64,000 bases of DNA from Nostoc sp. (GTDB taxonomy: Bacteria > Cyanobacteriota > Cyanobacteriia > Cyanobacteriales > Nostocaceae). Where the stretch lies: positions 232,487 to 296,486 of the forward strand of contig JBALDB010000011.1 in the NCBI GenBank assembly GCA_036918135.1, read 5' to 3'. Position 1 is the stretch's first letter, and every line of letters starts with the position of its first letter. A program made the translations under genes and the position numbers. Shown piece by piece: positions 11,295-21,623 of the stretch. The notes under the pieces are model-generated. The model did not search any database. It had not been told where the DNA came from and worked only from the letters and a program-made list of their open reading frames with translations.

Positions 11295-12254
11295 TTAACG
11301 GACGCTAGCAGTTTCTAAAGACAAGTCTTGAAACATCGGGGTGCTGAGGTAACGTTCGCCGAAGGAAGGCTGAATCATTACGATTAAACGTCCGGCATTT
11401 TCTTTTCGTTTACCTACTTGAATTGCAGCACATAAAGCTGCACCAGAGGAAATTCCAGACAATAAGCCTTCTTCTTTGGCTAAGCGTCGCCCGTAGGCAA
11501 TGGCTTGTTCGTCGCTGACTCTAATTACTTCATCAACTAATTCCAAGCGCAGAACATCTGGGATAAATCCAGCGCCAATACCTTGAATTCGATGGGAGCC
11601 GGCTTCACCACCAGACAGGACTGGGCTGTTGCTGGGTTCAACTGCGATCGCTTGGAAAGTTGGCTTGCGGCTTTTAATTACCTCTGCAATCCCAGTAATC
11701 GTCCCACCAGTACCTACTCCGGCAATGACGATATCGACTTCCCCATCTGTATCAGCCCAAATTTCTTCGGCGGTGCTTTCCCGATGAACTTTGGGATTAG
11801 CAGGGTTACGGAATTGTTGCAGCATAAAAGCATTGGGAGTATTAGCTACAATTCCTTCAGCTTTTTTGATTGCTCCCCGCATTCCCTCAGTACCCGGTGT
11901 CAACTCTAAAGATGCGCCATAAGCTCTGAGCATAGCCCGCCGTTCATGGCTCATGGTTTCTGGCATCGTCAAAATTAATTTGTAGCCCCGCGCTGCTGCT
12001 ACCATCGCTAGAGCAATTCCTGTATTACCTGAGGTAGGCTCTACTAAAATAGTTTTGCCCGGCTCAATTAAACCCTCTGCTTCTGCTGAGAGTACCATAC
12101 TTATGCCAATGCGGTCTTTGACTGAAGCCGCTGGATTCATACCTTCGAGTTTGACAACTATTCTTGCTACTACCCCCTCAGCTTGAGGAATTTTATTCAG
12201 TTCAACTAAAGGAGTTCCTCCAATAAGTTCTGTTACGTCTTTAGCAATCCGCAT
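11295..12254 (-). CDS. cysK: Cysteine synthase A
   Basis: [13 protein letters not shown] lysine, PTSGNTG, GTGGT. Confidence 0.96.
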   Translation of the reverse strand: MRIAKDVTELIGGTPLVELNKIPQAEGVVARIVVKLEGMNPAASVKDRIGISMVLSAEAEGLIEPGKTILVEPTSGNTGIALAMVAAARGYKLILTMPETMSHERRAMLRAYGASLELTPGTEGMRGAIKKAEGIVANTPNAFMLQQFRNPANPKVHRESTAEEIWADTDGEVDIVIAGVGTGGTITGIAEVIKSRKPTFQAIAVEPSNSPVLSGGEAGSHRIQGIGAGFIPDVLRLELVDEVIRVSDEQAIAYGRRLAKEEGLLSGISSGAALCAAIQVGKRKENAGRLIVMIQPSFGERYLSTPMFQDLSLETASVR

Positions 12255-12333
12255 TATTTAACTCCTAAAATCCTAAATCTTAGTGCAGAGTATCTATTTA
12301 TAACGATAAACTTTTATGTATTGATTTTGTGGC

Positions 12334-12927
12334 TGAGTAATCAGAATTTAAAAACTACAATTCAGGAATCGAAGAGTTACAGAATTACAAGAAATTTGTT
12401 GAATCAATATACCAATCAGCCGATGTTCTTGATAAATTCGGAATTTTTAACGGCAGTTGCTCGTTTATGGAAACTAAAAAGACTGCACCACCTCTTGCTT
12501 AAGGTTGAATTCTTACCTGGTATGTAGATGAGTGTATTTACTATGTATTTTAACTCAACCACCAAATATATAAGTTTAAGAAGAACTTTTTCCAGATGTT
12601 CCTCAGCAAAAATCAATACTTTAGTTGCTAAAATTCATTTAGTTATAGAAGTATGAGTTAAGCGCATCAAATTTAATTGTTTTTTCTACTTATTCAGTCT
12701 ATCCTGATCGAGAGACATTGATATTTTCTTTTGAGTACAAATTTTATCAGCCCAAAAATTCCTAAAAAAAGTCTTTGAGCCGTGCCTACATTGCTTTGAG
12801 GTTGAGTACTCCGCACCCCATAACCCCACCTCAAAAATACTAGAACCCCGCTTGAAAAATACTAGCACCCATACCCCAATGAATTTTTCTAAGACTTATC
12901 AGGCAATCATTACAGGCTATGAGTACT
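12334..12927 (+). promoter_or_regulatory. Cluster of TGAGT motifs, candidate CnfR-responsive region
   Basis: TGAGT at 12334, 12529, 12654, 12732, 12803, 12920; last three are TGAGTAC. Confidence 0.4.
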
Positions 12928-13296
12928 ATTTTAATAAATTTAATAATCTTAATCGAACTGCGATAAACTGTTTTGTGGAAAGGCGGCTGATATAAAACAT
13001 ATAGGATTTACGCAGAGATTCCCCTCTACCCCCCAAAATTCTTAAGCGAAAGCTTAGTGAATTAGGGGGGACTTCTTAATCTCTCTTTTGAGAGTCAGCT
13101 AATGTGCTTAAACATTTTTAGTCATTAGTTATTAGTCTTTAGTCCTTAGTCATTGTTATTAATTATTAGTTATTGTTAACTAACAAAAGACAAAGTACAA
13201 AGTTACCAGCGGATGTTTCCCGCAAGTAGAACTTTGTAATAAAGGACAAAGGATATATCTTACTGGGTGGATACTACCTAGCAAGGGAGAGCCAAA

Positions 13297-13716
13297 ATGA
13301 AAGCCAAACTTTTAAATCTTCTTACAGTTTGTATAGTTACTTTAGCAGTGCTTTCTCCAGGGCTAGTAGTATTTGGCATAATTTGGGAGCGACATCTTGA
13401 GTTATTAGAATCACAGAATTTAGCCTGCCAAGTGAACAAGACTAGTGGAGCGATCGCTGTGACTCCCCAGACAGAAAGTACACCATTATCTCAAACTAGC
13501 ATCCAATCCTCTGACCAGAATGTGGTTAATCAAATGGTGACTATTGCTGAGCAATATAAATTTGGCACTATCCTGCAATGGTTCTTTTTGTTAATCCCGA
13601 TTTGTGTTGGGTTAGGAATAATCTTTTACGATAGATATCTTGTTTATCGTGCTGCTATTTTCAAAGAACAAGTTGAAATGTTGGAAAGGCTATGGCAGCA
13701 AAGTATCGAACAGTAA
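13297..13716 (+). CDS. Hypothetical membrane protein
   Basis: Two hydrophobic segments; GGGAG upstream. Confidence 0.75.
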   Translation: MKAKLLNLLTVCIVTLAVLSPGLVVFGIIWERHLELLESQNLACQVNKTSGAIAVTPQTESTPLSQTSIQSSDQNVVNQMVTIAEQYKFGTILQWFFLLIPICVGLGIIFYDRYLVYRAAIFKEQVEMLERLWQQSIEQ

Positions 13717-13802
13717 CTAATTATTCCATCTAAGATTTATTTAGAGATTTTTAAATCTCTGACTAGGCTCCAAATTTGTTCATTCAAATCAATAGATTTA
13801 CC

Positions 13803-14069
13803 ATGACAGAACAACGCCAACAATTGTACTTTAACCTAATTGATGAGCTACTTAAATGTCCTAATGGTCAGGAGCCAGAAGTTTTAGAAGCTCATCCAGA
13901 ATTAATTGATTCTGGCTTTGTAGAAACAATGTTACAAGTGGCAACTATGTTCGCCCATGAAGGCAATCAAGATGGAGCAAAATTTTTATTTTTTGTAGCA
14001 CGTGAGCTAGCGAAACAACTAGGTTTATATCCTGAAGTTTCCAACTCTGAAGTTGTTAATAAGGAGTAA
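13803..14069 (+). CDS. Hypothetical protein
   Basis: MTEQRQQLYFNLIDELLKCPNGQE start; operon spacing. Confidence 0.75.
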   Translation: MTEQRQQLYFNLIDELLKCPNGQEPEVLEAHPELIDSGFVETMLQVATMFAHEGNQDGAKFLFFVARELAKQLGLYPEVSNSEVVNKE

Positions 14070-14071
14070 AA

Positions 14072-14383
14072 ATGTTATTGACTTCAACTGATGCCGGACA
14101 AATAGCTTTAGAGCTACTTATGGCAGATTGGAACATTTCAGAAGAAAATAGAGAGTGGTTTACAATGTTTAACTCTCGTCTGATTGGCGAGAGTTGGTAC
14201 ATTGTAGAACTAGGTATAGAAGGATTTCCAGACCGGTGGTTTATTCAAGTATATGACAATGGAGTGTGCGATCCAAACTATACATTTATTTCACCAATTT
14301 CTGGTTCTGAAGGATTTGCAGACTTGATCAACCTGCCGGATATTGTAGCAGAGATTTTAGTTTGCGAACGCAATGCTCGATAA
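14072..14383 (+). CDS. Hypothetical protein
   Basis: AGGAG RBS, coupled to upstream ORF. Confidence 0.75.
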   Translation: MLLTSTDAGQIALELLMADWNISEENREWFTMFNSRLIGESWYIVELGIEGFPDRWFIQVYDNGVCDPNYTFISPISGSEGFADLINLPDIVAEILVCERNAR

Positions 14384-14767
14384 TAACAATTAATAATTAA
14401 AAATTCCGGATTCAAAATAAAAATGTACAATTTAGCTGCATTTGATTGAATTCATCTTTTCTGAATCAAATAAAAAAGCTGTAAGCAAATGAGAGGTATC
14501 CCAAATCAGGTATACCTCTTTTTTGTATAAAACATAGCATAATTGAGGATTGTAAACTCAGAAGTTAAATAAGCTTGATGTTGTACTTTAACTTGAGAAA
14601 AATCTCCTAGAGTATTTTAATTTATCCTCAGCAAGGTATCACTCAAATAAACTTTTTACTTTTTTGCTATTAACTATCAAAATAAATTGCCATCTTTAAT
14701 ATTTTATTTCAATTAACTAAGTTAATTTATCATCTTTAATTGACAATATTATGTTATATTAAATAGA

Positions 14768-15133
14768 GTGATGGACGCTACAGAAATATCAGTTGAAATG
14801 ATTGCTGAAGACATCTTAGCTAAAGAATTCACAAGAGTCGTTAACCACTACTATCCGACAGTTGGGGAATTACTAGACGGGTGTTATGTGAAAGTCATTA
14901 CCTGTTTTTGGGGACGACCTGCAAGACGCTTGCAATATATAGGAATTTATTGCTCTGATGAAATGATTTCTTGTGTGCAAGCTCAAAAAGAAATACTTCG
15001 AGAAGTAGCAGACAACATGGGTTTAATGCAGGTAGTCTGCATAAATGCCAAGCGATTGTTACGCGACCCGATGTCGAAGCTCAAACATAACAATCCACGC
15101 CTATGGTTGGAGTTGCAGTGGGTTGCTACCTAA
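14768..15133 (+). CDS. Hypothetical protein
   Basis: 121-aa ORF with normal composition. Confidence 0.7.
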   Translation: MMDATEISVEMIAEDILAKEFTRVVNHYYPTVGELLDGCYVKVITCFWGRPARRLQYIGIYCSDEMISCVQAQKEILREVADNMGLMQVVCINAKRLLRDPMSKLKHNNPRLWLELQWVAT

Positions 15134-15168
15134 GACTCTGTGAATTAAAAATCGCCGATTTAAGACTG

Positions 15169-15284
15169 ATATCATGTCCGCTCAAATAACCGTCATTACA
15201 ACCGTAGGGAAGCAATCCTAAAAACTTTGTGATTGCATCGTTTCACTCGCTTCGGACATATTACGGATGAGCCGGACATCAGAT
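15169..15284. mobile_element. MITE-like element, copy 1
   Basis: Ends atatcatgtccg / cggacatcagat; homologous to 57445-57562. Confidence 0.7.
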
Positions 15285-15379
15285 AACGCTCTAACGCCAA
15301 GAGTTTTAAATCGAGCAAAGTTACCTTGACAGACTAATAAATAGCCAGCACACACGGTGGGTAAAAAGTACCAACGCTA

Positions 15380-16387
15380 ATGAAAACTGGAATTTTCTGC
15401 AATTACGAAAATCATCACCAAGATGGTCATCGTGCCATTTTTGAGCAAGTGACGCTGATTAAACAAGCAGAAAGCTTAGGCTTTGAGGAAGCTTGGGTGA
15501 GTGAGCATCACTTTAATGAATCTAATCTTAGCCCATCCATGTTAGTGTTAATGGCGCACTTGGCGGGATTGACTTCAACTATCAAATTAGGTACGGCGGC
15601 GGTGTTACTGCCATTCTATAACCCAATTAGGGTAGCAGAGGACATTGCCACTTTGGATAACTTGTGCAATGGACGATTATTACTTGGAGTTGCTAAAGGA
15701 GGGCCTTTCCCTCAACAAAATAAGCATTTTGGCACACCAATGAATGAATCGCGTCCCAAAATGTTAGAGGCAATGGCATTGATTCAAAAGCTTTTATATG
15801 AAACTAACGTATCATTTAATGGGCAATATTATCAATGCGATCGCCTAACAATTTACCCCAAACCATTGCAGCCAAAAATTCCCGTATATGTTGCCACTGG
15901 TGGTGATGATGGTATCGAGTTTGCCGCTAAACATTCCTTCAGTTTAATGGGTGGCCCGCCGTTTTCTCTACAAAGATTGAAGAATACGATTGCCAAATAT
16001 CAAGCGTTAAATACTAGTGGTGCAGAAAACTTCGTGCTGGCACGCTTCTTTTATGTTGGCAAAACATTTGATGAGGCAGTGAGTGAAGCGTTACCTTTTA
16101 TTCGCCAATTTAGCCAGAAAATGAAAGCTAATTCGGCCCAAACATTGCAAAATAGTGCGAATCCCAACCAAAAACCATTCGATCGCACAAACATTTGTTT
16201 CGATCAAGACTATTTGATTGAGAACTCAATTATCGGTGATGTGGAGACTTGTCGAGACAAAATCAAAAAATTTCAGGATGAATTGAATTTAGGTACGCTA
16301 GCACTCAAACCCTCATCTTTAGATATGGAAAAAAACCTAGAGAGTTTGACGCGCTACAACCAAGAGGTGCGAAATTATGTCTTCTAA
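15380..16387 (+). CDS. LLM-class (luciferase-like) flavin-dependent oxidoreductase
   Basis: WVSEHHF, NPIRVAEDIATLD. Confidence 0.9.
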   Translation: MKTGIFCNYENHHQDGHRAIFEQVTLIKQAESLGFEEAWVSEHHFNESNLSPSMLVLMAHLAGLTSTIKLGTAAVLLPFYNPIRVAEDIATLDNLCNGRLLLGVAKGGPFPQQNKHFGTPMNESRPKMLEAMALIQKLLYETNVSFNGQYYQCDRLTIYPKPLQPKIPVYVATGGDDGIEFAAKHSFSLMGGPPFSLQRLKNTIAKYQALNTSGAENFVLARFFYVGKTFDEAVSEALPFIRQFSQKMKANSAQTLQNSANPNQKPFDRTNICFDQDYLIENSIIGDVETCRDKIKKFQDELNLGTLALKPSSLDMEKNLESLTRYNQEVRNYVF

Positions 16388-16751
16388 ATTATACCTGCTG
16401 CCTCCCGATGATTTACCTCCAGCTGAGGTAACAAGAGAGGATGGAATGTTGCAGATGGAATTAGAACAGTCTACTGGCAGATGCTTTTATTTAGCCTGCG
16501 ATCGCATTACGCGAGTGCTGTTATCTAATTGTCAATGGTATTTGACAACAAATACCAATATTCTCACATTAATTATTGACTGCCCCGACTTAGTATCTTA
16601 CTGGCATATTGTCAGCAATATTCCCCAGTTAGGTAATCGGTTAGAGCGGTTTAGTAGTAACGCCAAAATTCGCGTTTATCCACCATTTGGCAAAGGGATG
16701 CCATTTGAAATTGGTGTCAATGAAATTTCAGCCTATCGAGATTGGCTTTGA
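16377..16751 (+). CDS. Hypothetical protein, paralog of 39348-39725
   Basis: Shared CDR..LLSNC.WY.TT and AKIRV.PP..G.PFE motifs. Confidence 0.75.
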   Translation: MSSKLYLLPPDDLPPAEVTREDGMLQMELEQSTGRCFYLACDRITRVLLSNCQWYLTTNTNILTLIIDCPDLVSYWHIVSNIPQLGNRLERFSSNAKIRVYPPFGKGMPFEIGVNEISAYRDWL

Positions 16752-16865
16752 GGTCAATAAACATCATATATATTTATTCACCATTATCTCTATCTACACA
16801 CCCTGTACTCTAAGAGTGCAGGGTGTTGCAATAAATAGAGTTACAACATTGTCTTTAGTATTTGC

Positions 16866-17633
16866 TTAGGCCAAAATTACCATTCCAGAAGCAGGCAAAT
16901 CAATTCGCACCGTTGCGCGACCATCGTTATGATGTTGTACGGCTACAGTTTGATTCTGCCGTGGGTTGCGTAAATCGGCATTGCTCCAATCGCTTTTGTA
17001 TAAAAATAATTGCACACCGACAGCATGAGCGACTTGCTCATAGAGATTAGGCACATTACTATATGCGGCAAATCGCTGCTTATTATTAGGGAATGACATC
17101 CACTCGTCATCCAAGACACAGACATGATATATTCCAATTTGGCGATATTCTCCGGCGAGATTGTTGCTATACAAATCAAAAAATTGCTTTGGATCTACTA
17201 AACCTTTTGCAAGTGCAGTCAATTCATTAGGAGCCTGCACGTTGTCTAATACAGCACTAAGGTTGCGACCAATAATGTCTATGTCAGCACCAGCCATACT
17301 CCTGCAAGTCATTTCCCCAGCCAGTAAAAAGTTGTCTTTACCAATAGATTGGGTGTACTCAGAAATAGCAGTGCAGAATTTGCGGGAATCTTCTAAAGAA
17401 ACCTGTTTGAGCGATTCTATGCAAAAGCCATCGCAGTCACAAACAGCAATCCAATATTGGTAAACTCTTGCTAAAGCTGCAATCAGGTCATCCCGATAGA
17501 ACCAGTTATCAGCGCTCTGGTTATAAATTACATATAGGATGACATACATCCTGCGATCGTGAGCAGCATCAATTAAATCTCTTAAATCTTGACGAGTGCC
17601 AAAGTGGGGGTCAATATCCAAAAAGTCTTGAAT
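16866..17633 (-). pseudogene. Degenerate GH13 alpha-amylase fragment
   Basis: DIDPHFGTRQDLRDLIDAAHDRRMYVI; catalytic region decayed (DGFCIESLKQ); N-terminus missing, internal deletions. Confidence 0.75.
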
Positions 17634-17665
17634 GCGATCGCTAATAATTCAACAAAATATTCAAG

Positions 17666-18499
17666 TTAATTAATCTGCACTTTTTCTGTCAACCATTTAT
17701 ACCAATTATCTAAGCCTATACCAGTAGTTGCAGAGACTTGAAAGATTTGAATTTGCGGATTTACTTGCTTAGCATAGTCTATGCATTTTTGCACATCAAA
17801 TTGTACATAAGCTAGCAAATCAATTTTGGTCAAAATCATGATGTCACTAGCACGGAACATGTGGGGATATTTCATCGGCTTATCTTCTCCTTCTGTGACG
17901 GAGAGAATCACGACTTTTGCATTTTCTCCTAAATCAAATAAAGCCGGACAAACCAAATTTCCGACGTTTTCAATCATCACAACTGAGTTCAACGGTGGAT
18001 TTAGTTGTTGTAAACCTCTGTCTATCATTGATGCATCTAAATGACAGCCTGTTCCAGTGTTAATTTGAATAACTTTACAACCTGTTTCTTGAATTTTTTT
18101 AGCATCATTAGCAGTTTCTTGGTCGCCTTCAATTACACTAATAGGTAACTGATGCTTTAAATCATTGATAGTGCGAGTTAAAAGAGTTGTTTTCCCAGCG
18201 CCAGGAGAACTCATTAAATTTAAAGCAGTAATATTTCGACCTTTAAACCATCCCCGGCTTTGAGCTGCTATTAAATTATTCTTTGCTAATATATCCTGTT
18301 CTAAGGATATAGTTGTGCCATGTATCTTGGCATGAACTTGAGATGCTTCTGTATGAGGTTCATGACTGTGAGAATGGGTAATTACAGTGCCATCAGCTAA
18401 AGTATGAGTATGATGATGGTGATTGTGTTCACCTTCACTTACTTCCAGATTAGTAATTTTAGTTTCACCATCATCAGAACAACCGCAAGTTACACACAT
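17666..18499 (-). CDS. hypB: Hydrogenase nickel incorporation GTPase
   Basis: MCVTCGC, His-rich segment, SSPGAGKT, ENVGNLVCP. Confidence 0.96.
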   Translation of the reverse strand: MCVTCGCSDDGETKITNLEVSEGEHNHHHHTHTLADGTVITHSHSHEPHTEASQVHAKIHGTTISLEQDILAKNNLIAAQSRGWFKGRNITALNLMSSPGAGKTTLLTRTINDLKHQLPISVIEGDQETANDAKKIQETGCKVIQINTGTGCHLDASMIDRGLQQLNPPLNSVVMIENVGNLVCPALFDLGENAKVVILSVTEGEDKPMKYPHMFRASDIMILTKIDLLAYVQFDVQKCIDYAKQVNPQIQIFQVSATTGIGLDNWYKWLTEKVQIN

Positions 18500-18831
18500 A
18501 ATTCCTCTATTTCTATTTCTTTAATTTTTAGTTCTTCACCAGATATTAAATTTAATTCCACGCTACCGCAGCTACAAATACCAAATGGCTTATCTAGATA
18601 AATTTCTGCACCGCATTGCTGACATCTCCCTAAACCGGGAATTTCTAAAATTTCTAATGTCGATGCTTGTAAAACTGTTCCTTGTGTACAAATATCAAAA
18701 CAAAATCGGATAGCCTCGGGCATAATAGCTGAAAGTTTGCCAATTTCTAATACAACTCGTTGTACTTTTGCGCCTTTTACATGTTCAGCTACAATTGCTA
18801 CAATATTTTGAGTAATTCCTAATTCGTGCAT
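18490..18831 (-). CDS. hypA: Hydrogenase nickel metallochaperone
   Basis: MHELGI, CQQC/CSCGS. Confidence 0.96.
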   Translation of the reverse strand: MHELGITQNIVAIVAEHVKGAKVQRVVLEIGKLSAIMPEAIRFCFDICTQGTVLQASTLEILEIPGLGRCQQCGAEIYLDKPFGICSCGSVELNLISGEELKIKEIEIEELCV

Positions 18832-18849
18832 CTAAAAATATTTTAAAAA

Positions 18850-19932
18850 TTAACAAATTCGGGGCAATTGTTCGCCTACCAACATATCAACAATTCTTTC
18901 AGCACCAAAAATTGTTTTTAATGAGACGATACCTGGAGGCGAGGTAATAACTTCACCAATCATACAAGCATCTTTTCCTGCTGGGTGAGATTTCATAGCG
19001 GATAAAATAGATGCAGCATTTTCTCTTTTTGCCACTACAACTAATTTACCTTCATTAGCTAAATACAATGGATCTAAACCCAAAATTTCGCAAACACCTT
19101 TCACTTCTTCACGCACTGGAATAAATTCTTCATCGAGGCGAATTCCTACATTTGAACTGGAGGCAAATTCATTTAAAACTGTAGCTAAACCACCACGTGT
19201 TACATCCCGCATTGCATGAACCTGGGGACAGACATTGAGGATAGTTGCTACTAAATCATACAACGCCTGACAGTCACTCTCAATATTAGTTTCTAAAGCT
19301 AGTTCTCCACGTGCAATTAAAATTGCTGCCCCATGATTACCTAATTCACCATTAATAATTACAGCATCCCCAGGTTGAATATTGCGAGCAGAAATGTTAA
19401 CTCCTTGTGGAATGATACCAATACCAGCAGTATTAATAAACAGTTTATCAGCAGCACCGCGATGTACAACTTTTGTGTCACCAGTGACAATTTGAACACC
19501 AGCATTTTTCGCTGCTGTTTTCATGCTGGCTGCGATACATCGCAAGGTTTCTATGGGTAATCCTTCTTCTATAATTACGCTACAAGTTAAATATAAAGGT
19601 TTAGCGCCACTGACAGCTAAATCATTCACTGTACCGTTGATGGCTAATTCTCCGATGTCACTACCTGGAAAAAATAAAGGGTCTACAACATAAGAATCTG
19701 TGGTAAAAGCGAGTCTATCTCCCTGTTGTAAAAGAGGGGATAAGTTAAAGGTTGCTTGGTCTTCTAATTGAGAGAGAATTGGGTTATCAAAAGTATTAAC
19801 AAAGATATCATCAATTAAATCGCGCATGGCTTTACCACCGCTACCATGTGCGAGAGTTATATGAGTATCTTGGATTTTATGGGATTTTGTCAATAGAGGA
19901 TTTTGTATTGAGTTTGTGGGGAAAAGATTCAT
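18850..19932 (-). CDS. hypE: Hydrogenase maturation carbamoyl dehydratase
   Basis: HGSGG; C-terminal LPRIC. Confidence 0.96.
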   Translation of the reverse strand: MNLFPTNSIQNPLLTKSHKIQDTHITLAHGSGGKAMRDLIDDIFVNTFDNPILSQLEDQATFNLSPLLQQGDRLAFTTDSYVVDPLFFPGSDIGELAINGTVNDLAVSGAKPLYLTCSVIIEEGLPIETLRCIAASMKTAAKNAGVQIVTGDTKVVHRGAADKLFINTAGIGIIPQGVNISARNIQPGDAVIINGELGNHGAAILIARGELALETNIESDCQALYDLVATILNVCPQVHAMRDVTRGGLATVLNEFASSSNVGIRLDEEFIPVREEVKGVCEILGLDPLYLANEGKLVVVAKRENAASILSAMKSHPAGKDACMIGEVITSPPGIVSLKTIFGAERIVDMLVGEQLPRIC

Positions 19933-20009
19933 ATTAAAGTGGGGGATTTTTTTAACGCAAAGGAACGCAAAGGGAAGCGCAGAGGTTCGCAGAGTATTTG
20001 TAAGATGTA

Positions 20010-21194
20010 TTAGTCTAAAGAAAAACCACAGGCAGGAAGAGGTTCTTGGGTGATGGTGATTTTTGGTTTCTCAGCTATTACTTTTTTAGCCATTGTAGAG
20101 AGTCGCCCATATTTGTAATAGGCTGCACAAGCACCTTCAGAAGATACCATACAAGTGCCAATGGGTGTTTCTGGTGTGCAAGCTGTACCAAATATTTTGC
20201 ATTCCCAAGGTTTTAAAACTCCTTTGAGAATTTCTCCACATTTACAAGCTTTATGGTCAGCTACTTTGAGATTAGGAATGGTAAATTTAAGTTCAGCATC
20301 AAATTGAGCATATTCAGGTTGAATTTTTAATCCTGAATAGGAAATATCGCCCAAACCCCGCCAATCAAAACTATTTCGGACAGCAAAAACTTTATTTATC
20401 GCTTGCAGTGCTTGTGTATTCCCAGATTTTTGGACAATTCGATTATATTGGTTTTCAACTTGACAACGATTTTCTACTAGCTGTTGTAACAGCATCCAAA
20501 TTGATTGGAGAATATCTAAAGGTTCAAATCCTGAAACGACAATTGGCTTATTATATTGTTGAGAAATAAATTCATAAGGCTCAGTACCAATTACCATGCT
20601 TACATGACCAGGCCCAACAAATCCATCCAATTGTAAATCGGGGTTATCTAGTAGCGCTTTGAGGGCGGGTATCACAAGCACGTGATTGCAAAACATACTG
20701 AAGTTATGAATTTCTTCGGCTGCTGCTTGCAGAATGGTGAAGGCGGTGCTGGGGGCTGTGGTTTCAAAGCCTAAGGCGAAGAAAACTACTTCTTTGTTGG
20801 GGTTATCTTTAGCAATTTGCAGGCTATCCAAAGGAGAGTACACCATCCGGATGTCTGCGCCTTGTGCCCTGGCTTGTAGTAAACTTGTTTTGGAACCAGG
20901 AACTCGCATCGCATCGCCAAATGTAGTGAAGATGACGTTAGGATTTTCAGAGATAGCGATCGCATCATCTAATCTTCCTTTTGGCATAACACATACTGGA
21001 CAACCAGGCCCATGAATTAGTTCGATGCGATCGGGCAAAGTCTCTTCAATGCCATATTTAAATATAGAATGGGTATGCCCGCCGCACACTTCCATTATTT
21101 TGATTGGTTTTTTTAATTGCTGGCATAATTTTGCAATTTCATAGCGTAAGGCTTCAGCTTTTTCTCTTTCGCGGAATTCATCAACGTATTTCAT
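20010..21194 (-). CDS. hypD: Hydrogenase formation protein
   Basis: MEVCGGHTH, GPGCPVC, CMVSSEGACAA. Confidence 0.96.
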   Translation of the reverse strand: MKYVDEFREREKAEALRYEIAKLCQQLKKPIKIMEVCGGHTHSIFKYGIEETLPDRIELIHGPGCPVCVMPKGRLDDAIAISENPNVIFTTFGDAMRVPGSKTSLLQARAQGADIRMVYSPLDSLQIAKDNPNKEVVFFALGFETTAPSTAFTILQAAAEEIHNFSMFCNHVLVIPALKALLDNPDLQLDGFVGPGHVSMVIGTEPYEFISQQYNKPIVVSGFEPLDILQSIWMLLQQLVENRCQVENQYNRIVQKSGNTQALQAINKVFAVRNSFDWRGLGDISYSGLKIQPEYAQFDAELKFTIPNLKVADHKACKCGEILKGVLKPWECKIFGTACTPETPIGTCMVSSEGACAAYYKYGRLSTMAKKVIAEKPKITITQEPLPACGFSLD

Positions 21195-21328
21195 AGGAAT
21201 AGAACCATAGTTTTTGCAAACGAACCGCAAAGGATTAAGTTTTAGAAGTACTAAATTAAACTGATTGCCAGAATTCTCTGTTTTGTTTGTCTACCTTCGT
21301 GCCTCTGCGTCAGAAAAAAGTCTATTAT

Positions 21329-21589
21329 TTAAGTACTAATCTCTACTTGTACAGTTGCTAATTCTTGCAATAACTCTAATGTTTCTGCTGCTTCTTGTTC
21401 GTTAATTCGATTCATTGCAAAGCCAACATGTATTAATACCCAATCCCCAATACAAGCTTCGGGAGGATGTTGTTCGTCAACAATGCAGGCAATATTTACT
21501 TGGCGTTTGACACCACCAACATCAACAACAGCTAATTTATGATTAACGTTGGTAATTTCTATAATTTGACCGGGAATTCCTAAACACAT
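21329..21589 (-). CDS. hypC: Hydrogenase assembly chaperone
   Basis: MCLGIPG, VLIHVGFA. Confidence 0.96.
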   Translation of the reverse strand: MCLGIPGQIIEITNVNHKLAVVDVGGVKRQVNIACIVDEQHPPEACIGDWVLIHVGFAMNRINEQEAAETLELLQELATVQVEIST

Positions 21590-21623
21590 TTTTACTTTAT
21601 TTGCGCCTTGGCTTGAGATGAAT

